Shown here one piece after another: positions 28,681 through 38,761 of a stretch of 46,259 nucleotides of DNA. A model generated the notes under the pieces. The model was not told the origin of the DNA. It saw nothing but the letters and a program-made list of their open reading frames with translations, and searched no databases. Location of the stretch: contig JALUMR010000022.1 of assembly GCA_027055805.1 (NCBI GenBank), positions 1 to 46,259 of the forward strand. Direction: 5' to 3'. The DNA comes from Campylobacteraceae bacterium (GTDB lineage Bacteria > Campylobacterota > Campylobacteria > Campylobacterales > Sulfurovaceae). The position numbers were made by a program, and so were the translations under genes. Positions within the stretch are counted from its first letter, which is position 1; every line of letters begins with the position of its first letter.

Positions 28681-29553
28681 ATGTTAAAAAACTTTATAAC
28701 AAAACTTTCCCATCTTTCTGAAATGGTAATGTTAAAGCACTCTATTTTCTCTTTACCTTTTATATTTATAGCTATGTTAGTAGCATCTAAACTAGAGTTT
28801 GGTACGGGTTGGTTTGGTTGGAAACTTCTTTTTTTAGGAGTTTTAGCAGCAGTAACTGCTAGAAACTTTGCAATGGGTGTAAACCGATATCTTGACCGTG
28901 ATATAGATGTACTAAACCCTAGAACAAAAAATAGACCCTCTGTCGATGGACGTGTCTCAAATACAACAATGATGGTTTTTATAGTAGTTAATGCTTTAGC
29001 TTTTATTTTGGTAGCGTATTTTATTAATAAAATGGCACTGATACTTTCAGTTCCTATTTTAATGATTTTGGGAGCCTATACCCTTTTTAAACGCTTTTCA
29101 TCTTTGGCTCATATTATTTTAGGTCTCTCTTTGGGTTTGGCTCCCATAGCTGGAGTGGTGGCTGTAACAGGAGAGATAAGCACTTGGTCACTCTTTTTAG
29201 CAGGGGGAGTTGTTTTTTGGGTAGCAGGGTTTGACCTTTTGTATTCGTTACAAGATATAGAGTTTGACAAAGCCAATAACTTACACTCTATCCCCTCACA
29301 ATTTGGTGCAGAAAACACCATGCATATAGCAAAAGTGTTTCATCTTATGACCATTGTGTTATGGGTACTCTTTATAAGTAGTGCAGGGTTAGGGTTATTT
29401 GCTATGGTAGCAGTTGTTTTAAGTGCCATTATGCTAACCTATGAGCATTATTTGGTGAACAAAGACTTTACCAAAATAGACAAAGCATTTTTTACAGTCA
29501 ATGGATATTTGGGAATTATGTTTTTAATATTAATTATTATGGAGGTACTATAG
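28681..29553 (+). CDS. mqnP: UbiA-family prenyltransferase of the futalosine menaquinone pathway
   Basis: NRYLDRDID..NPRT..RP, YTLFKRF and DLLYSLQDIEFD; near miaA as in Campylobacter. Confidence 0.88.
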   Translation: MLKNFITKLSHLSEMVMLKHSIFSLPFIFIAMLVASKLEFGTGWFGWKLLFLGVLAAVTARNFAMGVNRYLDRDIDVLNPRTKNRPSVDGRVSNTTMMVFIVVNALAFILVAYFINKMALILSVPILMILGAYTLFKRFSSLAHIILGLSLGLAPIAGVVAVTGEISTWSLFLAGGVVFWVAGFDLLYSLQDIEFDKANNLHSIPSQFGAENTMHIAKVFHLMTIVLWVLFISSAGLGLFAMVAVVLSAIMLTYEHYLVNKDFTKIDKAFFTVNGYLGIMFLILIIMEVL

Positions 29554-29889
29554 ATGGAAGCAGAGCAGTTACAGTTTATTTTTTCACTTTTTTCATTTGT
29601 GAGCGTTATTGGAATTTTATTTTATCTTATTTTAACAAAAGCAAAATCGGATGAGCAGACAGAGTCTGTAGAGATTTTAGAACAAAAAGTGACATCACTT
29701 CATGACTATGTTTATGAGCTGGAAGAGCGTAGTAAAATAGAAAAAACACCTGAGCAACATGAGTTAAAACAGAAAATTATTGAGATGTTTGAAGATGGAA
29801 AAGATTTGATGGTGATAGAAAATGCCTTAGACGTTCCTCGTGCTAAAATAGAGATGATTTTAAAATTTCATAAATTACAGACAAAATAA
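29554..29889 (+). CDS. Hypothetical membrane-anchored protein with a coiled coil and C-terminal HTH-like segment
   Basis: One N-terminal TM; starts immediately after the mqnP stop. Confidence 0.75.
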   Translation: MEAEQLQFIFSLFSFVSVIGILFYLILTKAKSDEQTESVEILEQKVTSLHDYVYELEERSKIEKTPEQHELKQKIIEMFEDGKDLMVIENALDVPRAKIEMILKFHKLQTK

Positions 29890-29900
29890 CAAAAAATCTA

Positions 29901-29937
29901 TAAATCTGTTGATAAACTCTTGTAATCAACAGATTTA
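29901..29937 (+). terminator. Inverted repeat, probable terminator
   Basis: Perfect 13-bp arms TAAATCTGTTGAT / ATCAACAGATTTA directly after the operon. Confidence 0.6.
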
Positions 29938-29939
29938 TT

Positions 29940-29948
29940 TGCTATAAT
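29940..29948 (+). promoter_or_regulatory. Extended -10 promoter of the tRNA
   Basis: TGCTATAAT 20 bp upstream of the tRNA. Confidence 0.65.
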
Positions 29949-29968
29949 TTCGACCTCTTAACATATAT

Positions 29969-30045
29969 GCGTTCATAGCTCAGCTGGATAGAGCATCGGT
30001 TTGCGGTACCGAAGGTCTCAGGTTCGAATCCTGATGGACGTACCA
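29969..30045 (+). tRNA. tRNA-Arg (anticodon GCG)
   Basis: Acceptor stem GCGTTCA/TGGACGT, D arm GCTC...GAGC, anticodon arm TCGGT-TTGCGGT-ACCGA, T loop GTTCGAATC, encoded CCA. Confidence 0.97.
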
Positions 30046-30070
30046 CATATAATTATAAGAAAAGCATTTT

Positions 30071-31234
30071 TTAATCTTCTAATTTCTTTCCGAAAATTAA
30101 TACTGCAAAGAATCTACTTCCCCATACTCCGAACATAACCATCCATACAGTTAATGTTATATCAAAAAAGACAAGGAAGTCCCATGAGTTTGCAATGGAT
30201 AAAGAGGTTAGGATTCTCATCACTACAACTACTTGTGTCCAGTAAAACAGAATGGTTGTTAATCTATCTGCTCTCATCATGTTTCCAGAGTGACCAAGGG
30301 TTACTCTAGTTCCAAAACCGATAAGCATGGTAAAGAAAAATCCTAGTGCTAAAACATGTATGTCTAGTGATAAAAAGTTTGTACCATGCATAAGTGAAAG
30401 AAGGTTTGTTATACTTGCTAGTGCAAATGCTACAGGTATCCAATAGAGGGCAATAAGTAAAATCCATACTAAGGGGTTAGGGTTAGGGAGAGGTAGCTTC
30501 CATTGCCATAACTCTTTTCCTATCAAATAGGCTAAAAGTATATCTGCTAAAAATGATGAACTGGGTTGAATGGTTTCTAAAATAACATGTAAAACAATAA
30601 GACCAATGATGACTTTAAAACGTTCTTTATTTTTTATAATAGTTGTATGTGAAAAAAATGGAACCATACGTTGTGCAACTGCAAAGATAACAATAAATAA
30701 GTAGAGGTAAATAGCAAGTTGTATAGCGAACTGATAGAGAGATGGTAACCATATAGCTAAGATAAATAAGAGATGAGAAAATAGACCAAATACCATACCT
30801 ATTAATATCCACTCTTGGTCTTCCTTATTTTCATGTACCGAACTTTTGTAGATATCAAGTAAAATTCTAATAGAGAGTAAATGTCCTAAAAACATTAGAA
30901 TCATACCTATCACAAGTAGTGAAGTTGAGAAAAATATACCAACTTGGTAAAGAATAGAAGCTGTAAGGAACATCCAAAATATGGTCATGTATTTTTGTTG
31001 AGCTATTATTTCTGTCCCTGAAAACCTTGGAAACGTAGTAAATAAAAATGCTAAAAATGCAGGGGTAAAAAGCATATAGATAAGAGAATAAGCATGATAA
31101 GCAGTAGCTGAAACCTGACTAGGTAAAAATCCTTTTAAGAGTAGCATGAAAATAAACATAGAGATAATAGCATTAACAAAAGCTAAAACGAAAAAAGGTT
31201 GATGAGGTTGAGAAAAGAAATAGTGCTTATTCAT
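30071..31234 (-). CDS. nnrS: NnrS family membrane protein
   Basis: PHQPFF, FLFTTFPRF, RMVPFF and RVTLGHSG; many TM segments. Confidence 0.88.
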   Translation of the reverse strand: MNKHYFFSQPHQPFFVLAFVNAIISMFIFMLLLKGFLPSQVSATAYHAYSLIYMLFTPAFLAFLFTTFPRFSGTEIIAQQKYMTIFWMFLTASILYQVGIFFSTSLLVIGMILMFLGHLLSIRILLDIYKSSVHENKEDQEWILIGMVFGLFSHLLFILAIWLPSLYQFAIQLAIYLYLFIVIFAVAQRMVPFFSHTTIIKNKERFKVIIGLIVLHVILETIQPSSSFLADILLAYLIGKELWQWKLPLPNPNPLVWILLIALYWIPVAFALASITNLLSLMHGTNFLSLDIHVLALGFFFTMLIGFGTRVTLGHSGNMMRADRLTTILFYWTQVVVVMRILTSLSIANSWDFLVFFDITLTVWMVMFGVWGSRFFAVLIFGKKLED

Positions 31235-31313
31235 AGTGTTCCTTAATTGTACTTATAGTCCATAAGCATAGCTTAAAATGACTAAAATTAAGGAATAGAG
31301 TATGAAAAATTAT

Positions 31314-32231
31314 TTAAAATTGTTCTTCTAAAAATGGAATTATCTGTTTTTTACGACTCATTACCTTTGGAAGCCAAATTTGCTTGTTCTCTAAAGTAAT
31401 ATTAAAAGCATTTTCTATTTTACTATTGTCATCAGAAAGTACTAGTAGCTGAGAACCTTCTTTCATAATATCAGTTAAGAGTAAAAGTACAGTATGTCTT
31501 GACTCTTCTGCTTTTAGTTCAGCCATTGCTTCAAAAAGTTCCTCTTTCATGTTGTCAAATACAGATAAGTCAACTACTTCAAGTTGTCCTACACCTATTT
31601 TATTTCCATTCATGTTAAAGTCTTTGAAGTCTCTTAGCACTAAGGCTCTTTTAGTGTCACTGAGTACATCTGATTTTACTATAAACATCTCCATACCAAG
31701 AGCTTTGTAGTCTTCTATTCCAGCTATTTGGGCTAACGCTTTACAGGCTTTTGTATCTTCTTTGGTACAAGTTGGTGATTTGAAAATAACAGTGTCACTT
31801 AAAATGGCACACATCATCATCCCTGCTAACTCTTTTGGAATCTCTATATTATAATAATCAAACATCTGTTTAACGATGGTGTTAGAACAACCAACTGGTC
31901 GTACCCACATCTCTAATGGTGCATTTGTTTTTAGGTCACCCAGTTTATGGTGGTCTACGATACCTAAAATGGTTGCATCGCTAATGTCTTTTGGACTTTG
32001 AGAACTCTCCATAAAGTCGATGAGGTAAACATTTTCACCTGCATAGTTTGTTTTAAGCATAGGTTGTTCAAATCCAAAACGTTTTAAGATGAAAGTTGTT
32101 TCTGCACTTATCTCACCTTGACGAGAAGGAACGGTATCTTCTCCTAGTTTGTTTTTAAGGTATGAAAGTGAAATAGCTCCAACAATTGAGTCAGAGTCAG
32201 GAGTGGTATGTCCAAATATATAAGTTGACAT
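31314..32231 (-). CDS. ppaC: Manganese-dependent inorganic pyrophosphatase (family II)
   Basis: GHTTPDSDS, VDHH, ILSDT and SRKKQ. Confidence 0.96.
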   Translation of the reverse strand: MSTYIFGHTTPDSDSIVGAISLSYLKNKLGEDTVPSRQGEISAETTFILKRFGFEQPMLKTNYAGENVYLIDFMESSQSPKDISDATILGIVDHHKLGDLKTNAPLEMWVRPVGCSNTIVKQMFDYYNIEIPKELAGMMMCAILSDTVIFKSPTCTKEDTKACKALAQIAGIEDYKALGMEMFIVKSDVLSDTKRALVLRDFKDFNMNGNKIGVGQLEVVDLSVFDNMKEELFEAMAELKAEESRHTVLLLLTDIMKEGSQLLVLSDDNSKIENAFNITLENKQIWLPKVMSRKKQIIPFLEEQF

Positions 32232-32484
32232 TTTAAAGCCTTTAGTGGAATTTTTTTGGCATTATATCCAGCCCTAACTTTTCAATAACTTTTAAATTAT
32301 TTGATAACTACACAATATAAAAACTTTAAATTTAACAACTATTGTGTTTTAAAGTTTAAAGTAATTACTATTAATATATTTTTTTAATGTCAAATTAATA
32401 ATAAAACCCGTTTAACCTTATTTAAACTCGAATTATACTAAAATAATTCAACAAAATATAATTTAATAAAAGTTTGGAGTGAAA

Positions 32485-33678
32485 ATGAAAATATTATTGA
32501 TAAATAATAATCCAGTAGTATCAAGATTAACAGCCTTAAGTGCAAGAAAAGAAGATATAGAAATAGATGAAGTTCAAGAAGTTACAGAGTTGACATCTTA
32601 CAATTATGATATTGTATTTGTTGATGTAGACTCATGGAATGAAGATGTAAAAAGTACGATATTTTCACATATAACTACACAAAAAAGAGTTCTTTTCTAT
32701 GCTCAAGATGATAATGAAGATTTAGATTTATTCGATAAAGGCATACTCAAACCATTTTTACCTTCAGAAGTTTCTGCAGTTATTAGAAGTGTCGAAGAGA
32801 GTAATACTTTAGATGATATTAGCAATGAGATGGAAGAAGAGAAGGGTATAGATTTGGTTGAAGATGTAAAAAAAGATGCTACGGCAACACTTGCATCAGA
32901 GTCTATAAATCTTGAATCAGCAGAAGTTAAAACTGATTTAATGGATGAATTAGCGAAGATTGATGAAAAAAAAGTTGAAGAGCCTTTATTAAGCAGTGCT
33001 GAGTTTGAAGATGATTTATTTAAAGAAACCTCTAAAGAATTAAATATTAATGTTAGTGATTTTGCTTCAAAAAGTGATGGAGAAGAGTTGTTTGACCTTG
33101 ATTTAAATGATGACAAAATTTCATTAGATGATGAACTTTTTAATGTAGAAGAAAAAACAACTGAAAAAGTGTTAGAAGATGAATTATTAGAGTTTGACCT
33201 TGATAATGAAAAAGAGATTAAGTTAGATAGTGAAAATCTTTTTGAAGCTAAAGAAGAAGAGTTTGAAGCTAAAGAAGAAGAACTTCTTGCAGAGTTAAAA
33301 GCTGTTGCTCCAGAGTCTAAACCAGAAATTGAAACAAAAGTTTTAGATGCTGAAGAGATAGGGACTATTAAAAATATTCTTGAAGATGACACCAATGATG
33401 TAATGGAGTTAGAAGATTTAGTTGCTCCAAGTATGGCAGCAGCAGGTATTTCAGCTATGGCACTCTCTTCTGATAAACTGGTTGCTTCTGATGAAGTTGT
33501 TGAAGAAGAGAGTATAGACAAAAAGAAGAAGAGTAAAAAAGAGAAAAAAATAGTGGCTGAAGAGACAGAGTCATCAGATAACTTAGTAGATACTCTTTCT
33601 AATTTAAAAGTTGAAAGTCTTAAAGAACTTCTTGCTGGTGCAACAGTAACTATTAATATTCAGTTTCCAAAAGCTTAA
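32485..33678 (+). CDS. Highly acidic protein (Cj1178c-like) with a pseudo-receiver N-terminus
   Basis: MKILLINNNPVVSRL...LKPFLP followed by an Asp/Glu-rich body; upstream of gmk as in Campylobacter. ATG at 32485 chosen for GGAG spacing. Confidence 0.8.
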   Translation: MKILLINNNPVVSRLTALSARKEDIEIDEVQEVTELTSYNYDIVFVDVDSWNEDVKSTIFSHITTQKRVLFYAQDDNEDLDLFDKGILKPFLPSEVSAVIRSVEESNTLDDISNEMEEEKGIDLVEDVKKDATATLASESINLESAEVKTDLMDELAKIDEKKVEEPLLSSAEFEDDLFKETSKELNINVSDFASKSDGEELFDLDLNDDKISLDDELFNVEEKTTEKVLEDELLEFDLDNEKEIKLDSENLFEAKEEEFEAKEEELLAELKAVAPESKPEIETKVLDAEEIGTIKNILEDDTNDVMELEDLVAPSMAAAGISAMALSSDKLVASDEVVEEESIDKKKKSKKEKKIVAEETESSDNLVDTLSNLKVESLKELLAGATVTINIQFPKA

Positions 33679-33685
33679 TATTAAA

Positions 33686-34294
33686 ATGCAAGGAGCCATT
33701 TTAGTCCTTTCTGGTCCCTCTGGGGCTGGGAAGAGTACCATTATCAATCATGCTAGTCCCCATATAGGTGAATATTATTTTTCTATCTCGACGACAACAC
33801 GTCAGCCTAGAGAGAGTGAGAAGCATGGTGTTGATTATTATTTTGTAACTCATGAAGAGTTTGAAGAGGGCATTAAAGCAGGTGACTTTTTAGAGTATGC
33901 TACCGTTCATGGAAACTACTATGGAACCTCTTTAAAGCCTGTGAATGAGGCTCTTGCTCAAGGAAAACTAGTCATTTTTGACATTGATGTTCAAGGTCAT
34001 CGTTTGGTTCGTGCTAAAATGGGTGACTATGTTACTTCTGCTTTTATCACTCCTCCTACATTAAAAGAGTTAGAAAAACGACTCTATGCTCGTGCTACTG
34101 ATGATACCTCTATTATAGAACGTCGAGTCGAAAATGCAAAAGAAGAAATTAATGCTATTGGTGAATTTGATTTTGTTATTATAAACGATGTTATTGAAGA
34201 GGCATCATCACAATTTACAACCATTGCTAATGCTGCTAGATTGAAACAAAATAGTGAAGAATTAGAAAAAATGGTACTTCATTGGAAAAATTAA
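33686..34294 (+). CDS. gmk: Guanylate kinase
   Basis: GPSGAGKS, STTTRQPR, GNYYGT and DIDVQG. Confidence 0.96.
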   Translation: MQGAILVLSGPSGAGKSTIINHASPHIGEYYFSISTTTRQPRESEKHGVDYYFVTHEEFEEGIKAGDFLEYATVHGNYYGTSLKPVNEALAQGKLVIFDIDVQGHRLVRAKMGDYVTSAFITPPTLKELEKRLYARATDDTSIIERRVENAKEEINAIGEFDFVIINDVIEEASSQFTTIANAARLKQNSEELEKMVLHWKN

Positions 34295-34363
34295 CCTAAA
34301 TTGTGTATAATCTTTTATCAAATCTCTATATAATAAGAGATATTACATAACAGAAGGAAACAC

Positions 34364-34612
34364 ATGGGAATGCCAAGTATGCCAGAGTTACTAGTTATCT
34401 TAGCGATAGTAGTACTACTTTTTGGAGCAAAAAAAATACCAGACCTCGCAAAAGGTGTAGGTAAAGGGATTAAAGACTTTAAGAAAGCTGTTAAAGATGA
34501 TGAGACAGTTGCAGATGCAAAAGAGAGCGTCAAAGAGATTAAAGACGAAGTTAAAGAGACTATTGTTGAAGCTAAAGAAGCAACAACAACTACGACAACT
34601 CCAAAAGCATAG
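34364..34612 (+). CDS. tatA: Twin-arginine translocase subunit TatA
   Basis: [24 protein letters not shown]. Confidence 0.95.
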   Translation: MGMPSMPELLVILAIVVLLFGAKKIPDLAKGVGKGIKDFKKAVKDDETVADAKESVKEIKDEVKETIVEAKEATTTTTTPKA

Positions 34613-34621
34613 CTTTTACTA

Positions 34622-34758
34622 GTTCTAAAGCTTCAGAGACTGCGAAAGAACTTCCTTAGGGGAGTGGACTTTAGTCCAAGAATCCCATGGAATAAGGATT
34701 TTTTACGGGACTAAAGTCCCTTCTCCTGGTTCTTTCGCAATCTCTTCAGCTTTGGAAC
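34622..34758. mobile_element. Nested repeat copy 2: 111-bp MITE-like element (34635-34745), inverted relative to copy 1, inside the same type of REP-like palindrome
   Basis: The inner part is the reverse complement of 20704-20814 with 7 mismatches by manual alignment. Outer arms GTTCTAAAGCT / AGCTTTGGAAC. Confidence 0.85.
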
Positions 34759-34777
34759 ACATATCTACGGAACACAT

Positions 34778-36478
34778 ATGAAAATCAAATCACAACTTAG
34801 TAACATTATAAGCGATGCATTAAAAAGTGCCAATATAAAAGCAGATGATGTTGTAATATCAGACGCAACAAAGCCAGAGTTTGGTGACTACCAGTTTAAT
34901 GGTGTGATGAAACTGGCAAAAATTTTAAAACAAAATCCAAGACAAATAGCTACCAACCTTGTAGAGCATATAGATACTACAGGTATGATTGCTAAAGTTG
35001 AAGTGGCAGGTCCTGGGTTTATAAATATTTGGTTAAACAATGAATGGCTTGGAAAAGAAGTAACAGCTATCTTAACTGATGATAGAGTTGGTGTAGGCTA
35101 TGTTCAAAAACCTAAAAAAGTAGTAGTAGACTACTCTGGTCCAAACATGGCAAAGCAGATGCATGTTGGTCATTTGCGTTCAACCATTATTGGTGATACC
35201 TTAGCAACGCTTTTAGAGTTTTTGGGTGATGATGTTATTCGTCAAAATCATATTGGTGACTGGGGTACACAGTTTGGTATGCTTATCGCTTACCTAGAAG
35301 AGCAGGGTGCTGATGGTGCTACTACCGAATTGAAAGACTTAGAACAGTTTTATAAAGATGCAAAAGTACGTTTTGATGAGAGTCCAGAGTTTGCAGACAA
35401 AGCACGTGAGTATGTGGTCAAGATACAAAGTGGAGATGAACACTGTTTAACCTTATGGCAAAGTTTTATTGATGCTTCTTTAGGTCACTGTGAAGAGGTT
35501 TATGATAAATTGGGCGTAAATTTAACGCGTGATGATGTTAGAGCAGAGAGCTTTTATAACCCAAAATTAGCAGAGGTTATTAAAACATTAAAAGAGATAA
35601 ACCTCTCAACGGTTTCGGATGGTGCAGAGTGTGTCTTCCTTGATGGTTCAGAGGTTCCTGTTATTGTCCAAAAGGGTGATGGTGGATACCTCTATGCCAC
35701 AACAGACTTAGCAGCGTTAGAGTACAGAGCCAAAGAGCTAAAGGCAGACCGTATCTGTTATGTGGTTGATGCTCGTCAAGGACAACACTTTAAACAGGTG
35801 TTTACCATTGCTAAACAAGCAGGAATGGTAGGAGAGAATGTTGCCCTAGAACACATAGGTTTTGGAACCATGATGGACAAAGGTGGAAAGCCATTTAAAA
35901 CTAGAGATGGTGGAGTGATTAAGCTTATAGATTTACTTGATGAAGCTGTAGTTAAAGCAAAAGAGTCCATAAAAGAGCGTGATGCACACTCAGAAGATGA
36001 GTTAGAAAATATTGCAACAGTTGTTGGAATAGGTGCGGTTAAGTATGCTGACTTAAGTATTAGCCGTGAATCAAACTATATCTTCTCTTGGGATAAAATG
36101 TTGAGTTTTGAGGGAAATACTTCTCTGTATATGCAGTATGCTTATGCAAGAATCCAATCTATTTTACGTAAATATGATGGTGAGATTGAGGGTGACATTA
36201 TAATAGGTGATGAGACAGAACATCGTTTGGCACATTTACTCTTAAAATTTGAAGATACACTAAGTAAAGCAGCAACTGATGCAACACCTCATACCATTAC
36301 CTCTTATCTTTACGATGTGGTAACTCAGTTTATGAAGTTCTATGAGTTAAACCCTATTTTAAAGGGTGGTATAGATGAAGAGGTTAAAGTTAGTCGATTA
36401 CAGTTGGCAAAATTAACGGGTGCTGTTATTAACAAAGGTCTTGATATTTTAGGTATAAAAGTAGTAGATAAGATATAA
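34778..36478 (+). CDS. argS: Arginine--tRNA ligase
   Basis: FGDYQ, GPGFIN, PNMAKQMHVGHLRS, GDWGTQFG, YATTDLA and YMQYAYARI. Confidence 0.97.
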   Translation: MKIKSQLSNIISDALKSANIKADDVVISDATKPEFGDYQFNGVMKLAKILKQNPRQIATNLVEHIDTTGMIAKVEVAGPGFINIWLNNEWLGKEVTAILTDDRVGVGYVQKPKKVVVDYSGPNMAKQMHVGHLRSTIIGDTLATLLEFLGDDVIRQNHIGDWGTQFGMLIAYLEEQGADGATTELKDLEQFYKDAKVRFDESPEFADKAREYVVKIQSGDEHCLTLWQSFIDASLGHCEEVYDKLGVNLTRDDVRAESFYNPKLAEVIKTLKEINLSTVSDGAECVFLDGSEVPVIVQKGDGGYLYATTDLAALEYRAKELKADRICYVVDARQGQHFKQVFTIAKQAGMVGENVALEHIGFGTMMDKGGKPFKTRDGGVIKLIDLLDEAVVKAKESIKERDAHSEDELENIATVVGIGAVKYADLSISRESNYIFSWDKMLSFEGNTSLYMQYAYARIQSILRKYDGEIEGDIIIGDETEHRLAHLLLKFEDTLSKAATDATPHTITSYLYDVVTQFMKFYELNPILKGGIDEEVKVSRLQLAKLTGAVINKGLDILGIKVVDKI

Positions 36479-36481
36479 ATC

Positions 36482-37318
36482 TTATCCTTTTAGTTGCTCT
36501 AGTCTATCAATTCTTTGCTCAGTACTTGGATGAGTACTAAAGAGTTGTTTCATAGAGAAATCTTTCCCTGTAAAGGGATTGATAATAAACATATGAGCTG
36601 TCTGTGGCTCTGCTTCTGGCATTACCATACCTCTTGCATAGTAGTCAAGTTTTTGTAAAGCACTCTGTAACCATTCTGGATGTCCTGTTATCCGTGCAGC
36701 ACCTTCATCTGCCATAAACTCACGGTTTCTACTCACAGTCATCTGAATAATGGTTGCAGCCATTGGCATAATGAACATTAATGCCATCATTACAATGGGG
36801 TTTGGTCTCTCATCATCACTGCTACCACCAAAAAACATTCCAAAGTTTGCCAACATAGCAATGGCTCCTGAAATGGTTGCTGTAATGGTTCCTACAAGCA
36901 TATCATAATGTTTAATATGGCTCAACTCATGAGCAATGACAGCTTCAACCTCATCTTCTGTTAAAAGTTCTAATAGTCCTTCTGTCACAGCCACTACAGC
37001 GTGTTCATAGTCACGCCCTGTCGCAAAAGCATTGGGTACTTGGTCAGGAATAATGTAGAGCTGAGGCATTGGAAGTCTCGCTTTTTGGGTTAATTTGTCC
37101 ATAATCGCATAGAGACCCTCTGCTGAATCTCTATCTACAGGAATGGCATTATAGTGTTTTAAGACCTGCTCATGACTGTAAAAATAGGCATAAAAGTTCA
37201 TACCCATTGCAGCTATAAATGCAACTATCATTCCTGTTTGACCAGCAATTAACCCACCAAACCAAATAAAAAGGAGGGTCAATCCTGTCATAAGTACATA
37301 CGTTTTAAATTGTTCCAT
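36482..37318 (-). CDS. htpX: Membrane zinc metalloprotease HtpX
   Basis: [22 protein letters not shown] and FSTHP...RI. Confidence 0.95.
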   Translation of the reverse strand: MEQFKTYVLMTGLTLLFIWFGGLIAGQTGMIVAFIAAMGMNFYAYFYSHEQVLKHYNAIPVDRDSAEGLYAIMDKLTQKARLPMPQLYIIPDQVPNAFATGRDYEHAVVAVTEGLLELLTEDEVEAVIAHELSHIKHYDMLVGTITATISGAIAMLANFGMFFGGSSDDERPNPIVMMALMFIMPMAATIIQMTVSRNREFMADEGAARITGHPEWLQSALQKLDYYARGMVMPEAEPQTAHMFIINPFTGKDFSMKQLFSTHPSTEQRIDRLEQLKG

Positions 37319-37346
37319 TGATTATCTCCTTTTTAATGGTTTTATT

Positions 37347-37856
37347 TTACTTCTTTTTCGGTATTGTAATGGTTAATACCCCATTTGTATATTCACTTTT
37401 ATACTTTACAGCATCTGCATCTTTAGGTAGTGTCATACCTCGTTGAACCATACCAACATGTCGCTCTTGGTGTATGATTTTATCACCCTCTTTTTGCTCT
37501 TTTTTAGTCTCACTCTTAGCTTGGACACTTAGGTAGTTATCTTTAACATCTATCTTGATGCTCTTCTCATCCATTCCTGCTAAATCCATTTTTAGCTCAT
37601 AGTTGTCGCCTTTGTCTACCAAATCGGTATCGGGCTTAAAAGAGAACCCTTTAGAAAAGTTTGGCTCAATTGCTACACCTTTGAAGGCATTGTTACTAAA
37701 CTCTGCAAAAGCTCGGTTCATCTCCTCTTGCATCTTTTGAAAATGTTGAAACATTGGGTCATTGGCAAAAGGATTTTTAGTTATGTTTGTATCTGCTTGT
37801 ATCGCTACCATTGATAGGGTAGCTAAAAGTAAGGTTTTTAACAATCTGTTTTTCAT
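37347..37856 (-). CDS. Hsp20/alpha-crystallin protein with a predicted signal peptide
   Basis: DLAGM, ER..G...R...LP and NGVLTITIPK; N-terminus MKNRLLKTLLLATLSMVAIQA. Confidence 0.88.
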   Translation of the reverse strand: MKNRLLKTLLLATLSMVAIQADTNITKNPFANDPMFQHFQKMQEEMNRAFAEFSNNAFKGVAIEPNFSKGFSFKPDTDLVDKGDNYELKMDLAGMDEKSIKIDVKDNYLSVQAKSETKKEQKEGDKIIHQERHVGMVQRGMTLPKDADAVKYKSEYTNGVLTITIPKKK

Positions 37857-37869
37857 CTTTATATGCTCC

Positions 37870-38310
37870 TTATTTAATCGAAATATTACGTGCTTTTCTA
37901 GCCTCTTCTTTCTCTAGTGAAATATAGAGTCTTCCATCTTCATAATTGGCTGAAATTTTCTCTCTGTCCACATCTTTTGGTAAGACAAAACTTCGAGAGA
38001 TAAGTCCATAGCTACTTTCACAAAGATAGTAGTCATCTTCTTTCACTTCCTCTTTTGTTCTGCGTACTGCATTAACAGTCAGATAGTCATCTTCTATTTT
38101 TAACTCTATCTCATCTTTATTGACCCCTGGTAAATCAATCTCAATGTCATAAGTATCTGTGCTATGTTTTGCAAAGTTTGCCAAAGGAAGATGTCTTGCT
38201 ACATTACCTAAGGCTTCTTTAGTAACCTCTAAGCCCTTTTCAACTTTCTCTTCAACAGCATTGACCAACTCTTTTCCATTTTCAATAATTTTATCTTTTG
38301 TTACACTCAT
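37870..38310 (-). CDS. Hsp20/alpha-crystallin protein
   Basis: DLPGV, YGLISRSFVLP and DGRLYI. Start moved to the ATG 6 nt after GGAG. Confidence 0.9.
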   Translation of the reverse strand: MSVTKDKIIENGKELVNAVEEKVEKGLEVTKEALGNVARHLPLANFAKHSTDTYDIEIDLPGVNKDEIELKIEDDYLTVNAVRRTKEEVKEDDYYLCESSYGLISRSFVLPKDVDREKISANYEDGRLYISLEKEEARKARNISIK

Positions 38311-38323
38311 CATTGACTCCTTA

Positions 38324-38761
38324 TTACTTAATCTCAATTTTTTTGCTTGAAGTATCTATTTTTAGTTTTGGAATGGAAATTTCTAAAATTCCATTAATAA
38401 ACTCAGCTTCGATATTTGAAGTGTCTACTCTCTCTGGAAGTGTAAAACTTCTTGAAAAGAGACCATAACGACTCTCTACCTTATGGTAGTCTTCATCTTT
38501 TACCTCTTCTCTCACATTTCTTTCCCCTGAAATGGTCAAGATATTTCCATCGACCTTAATGTCAACATTCTCTTTTTTAACACCAGGAAGCTCAACTTCA
38601 ATATGGTAATTCTCTTCTGTTTCACGGGTATTTACCTTTGGACGAAAATCAACTACTTCTTGTTCTGACGCTGCTTGTTCACCAATGGTGTTTATAATTG
38701 TATTTACAAGGTCAAAACTCTTTCTAATATCATTAAATGGTGTGTATTGTTTTACTATCAT
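38324..38761 (-). CDS. Hsp20/alpha-crystallin protein
   Basis: ELPGV, ESRYGLFSRSFTLP, NGILEISIPK and a C-terminal IEI motif. Confidence 0.93.
   Translation of the reverse strand: MIVKQYTPFNDIRKSFDLVNTIINTIGEQAASEQEVVDFRPKVNTRETEENYHIEVELPGVKKENVDIKVDGNILTISGERNVREEVKDEDYHKVESRYGLFSRSFTLPERVDTSNIEAEFINGILEISIPKLKIDTSSKKIEIK

Noticed and set aside
29969-31234. Genomic island integrated at tRNA-Arg
   Set aside because: No integrase and no duplicated tRNA 3' end seen in the window; the flanking genes look like ordinary chromosomal genes.
31278-31291. FNR/NssR-like box upstream of nnrS (TTAAT-N4-GTCAT on the minus strand)
   Set aside because: Several mismatches in AT-rich DNA and not at a typical activator distance from the candidate -10.
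33241-33281. 21-bp tandem duplication (FEAKEEE x2) in the acidic protein
   Set aside because: Ordinary slippage in a low-complexity region.
32703-33521. 272-aa Ser-rich antisense ORF
   Set aside because: Mirror of the GAA/GAT-rich acidic protein gene.
36482-38761. Transmissible locus of stress tolerance (tLST/LHR)
   Set aside because: It shares hsp20 and htpX, but clpK/clpG, trx, kefB, degP and flanking mobile genes are absent.
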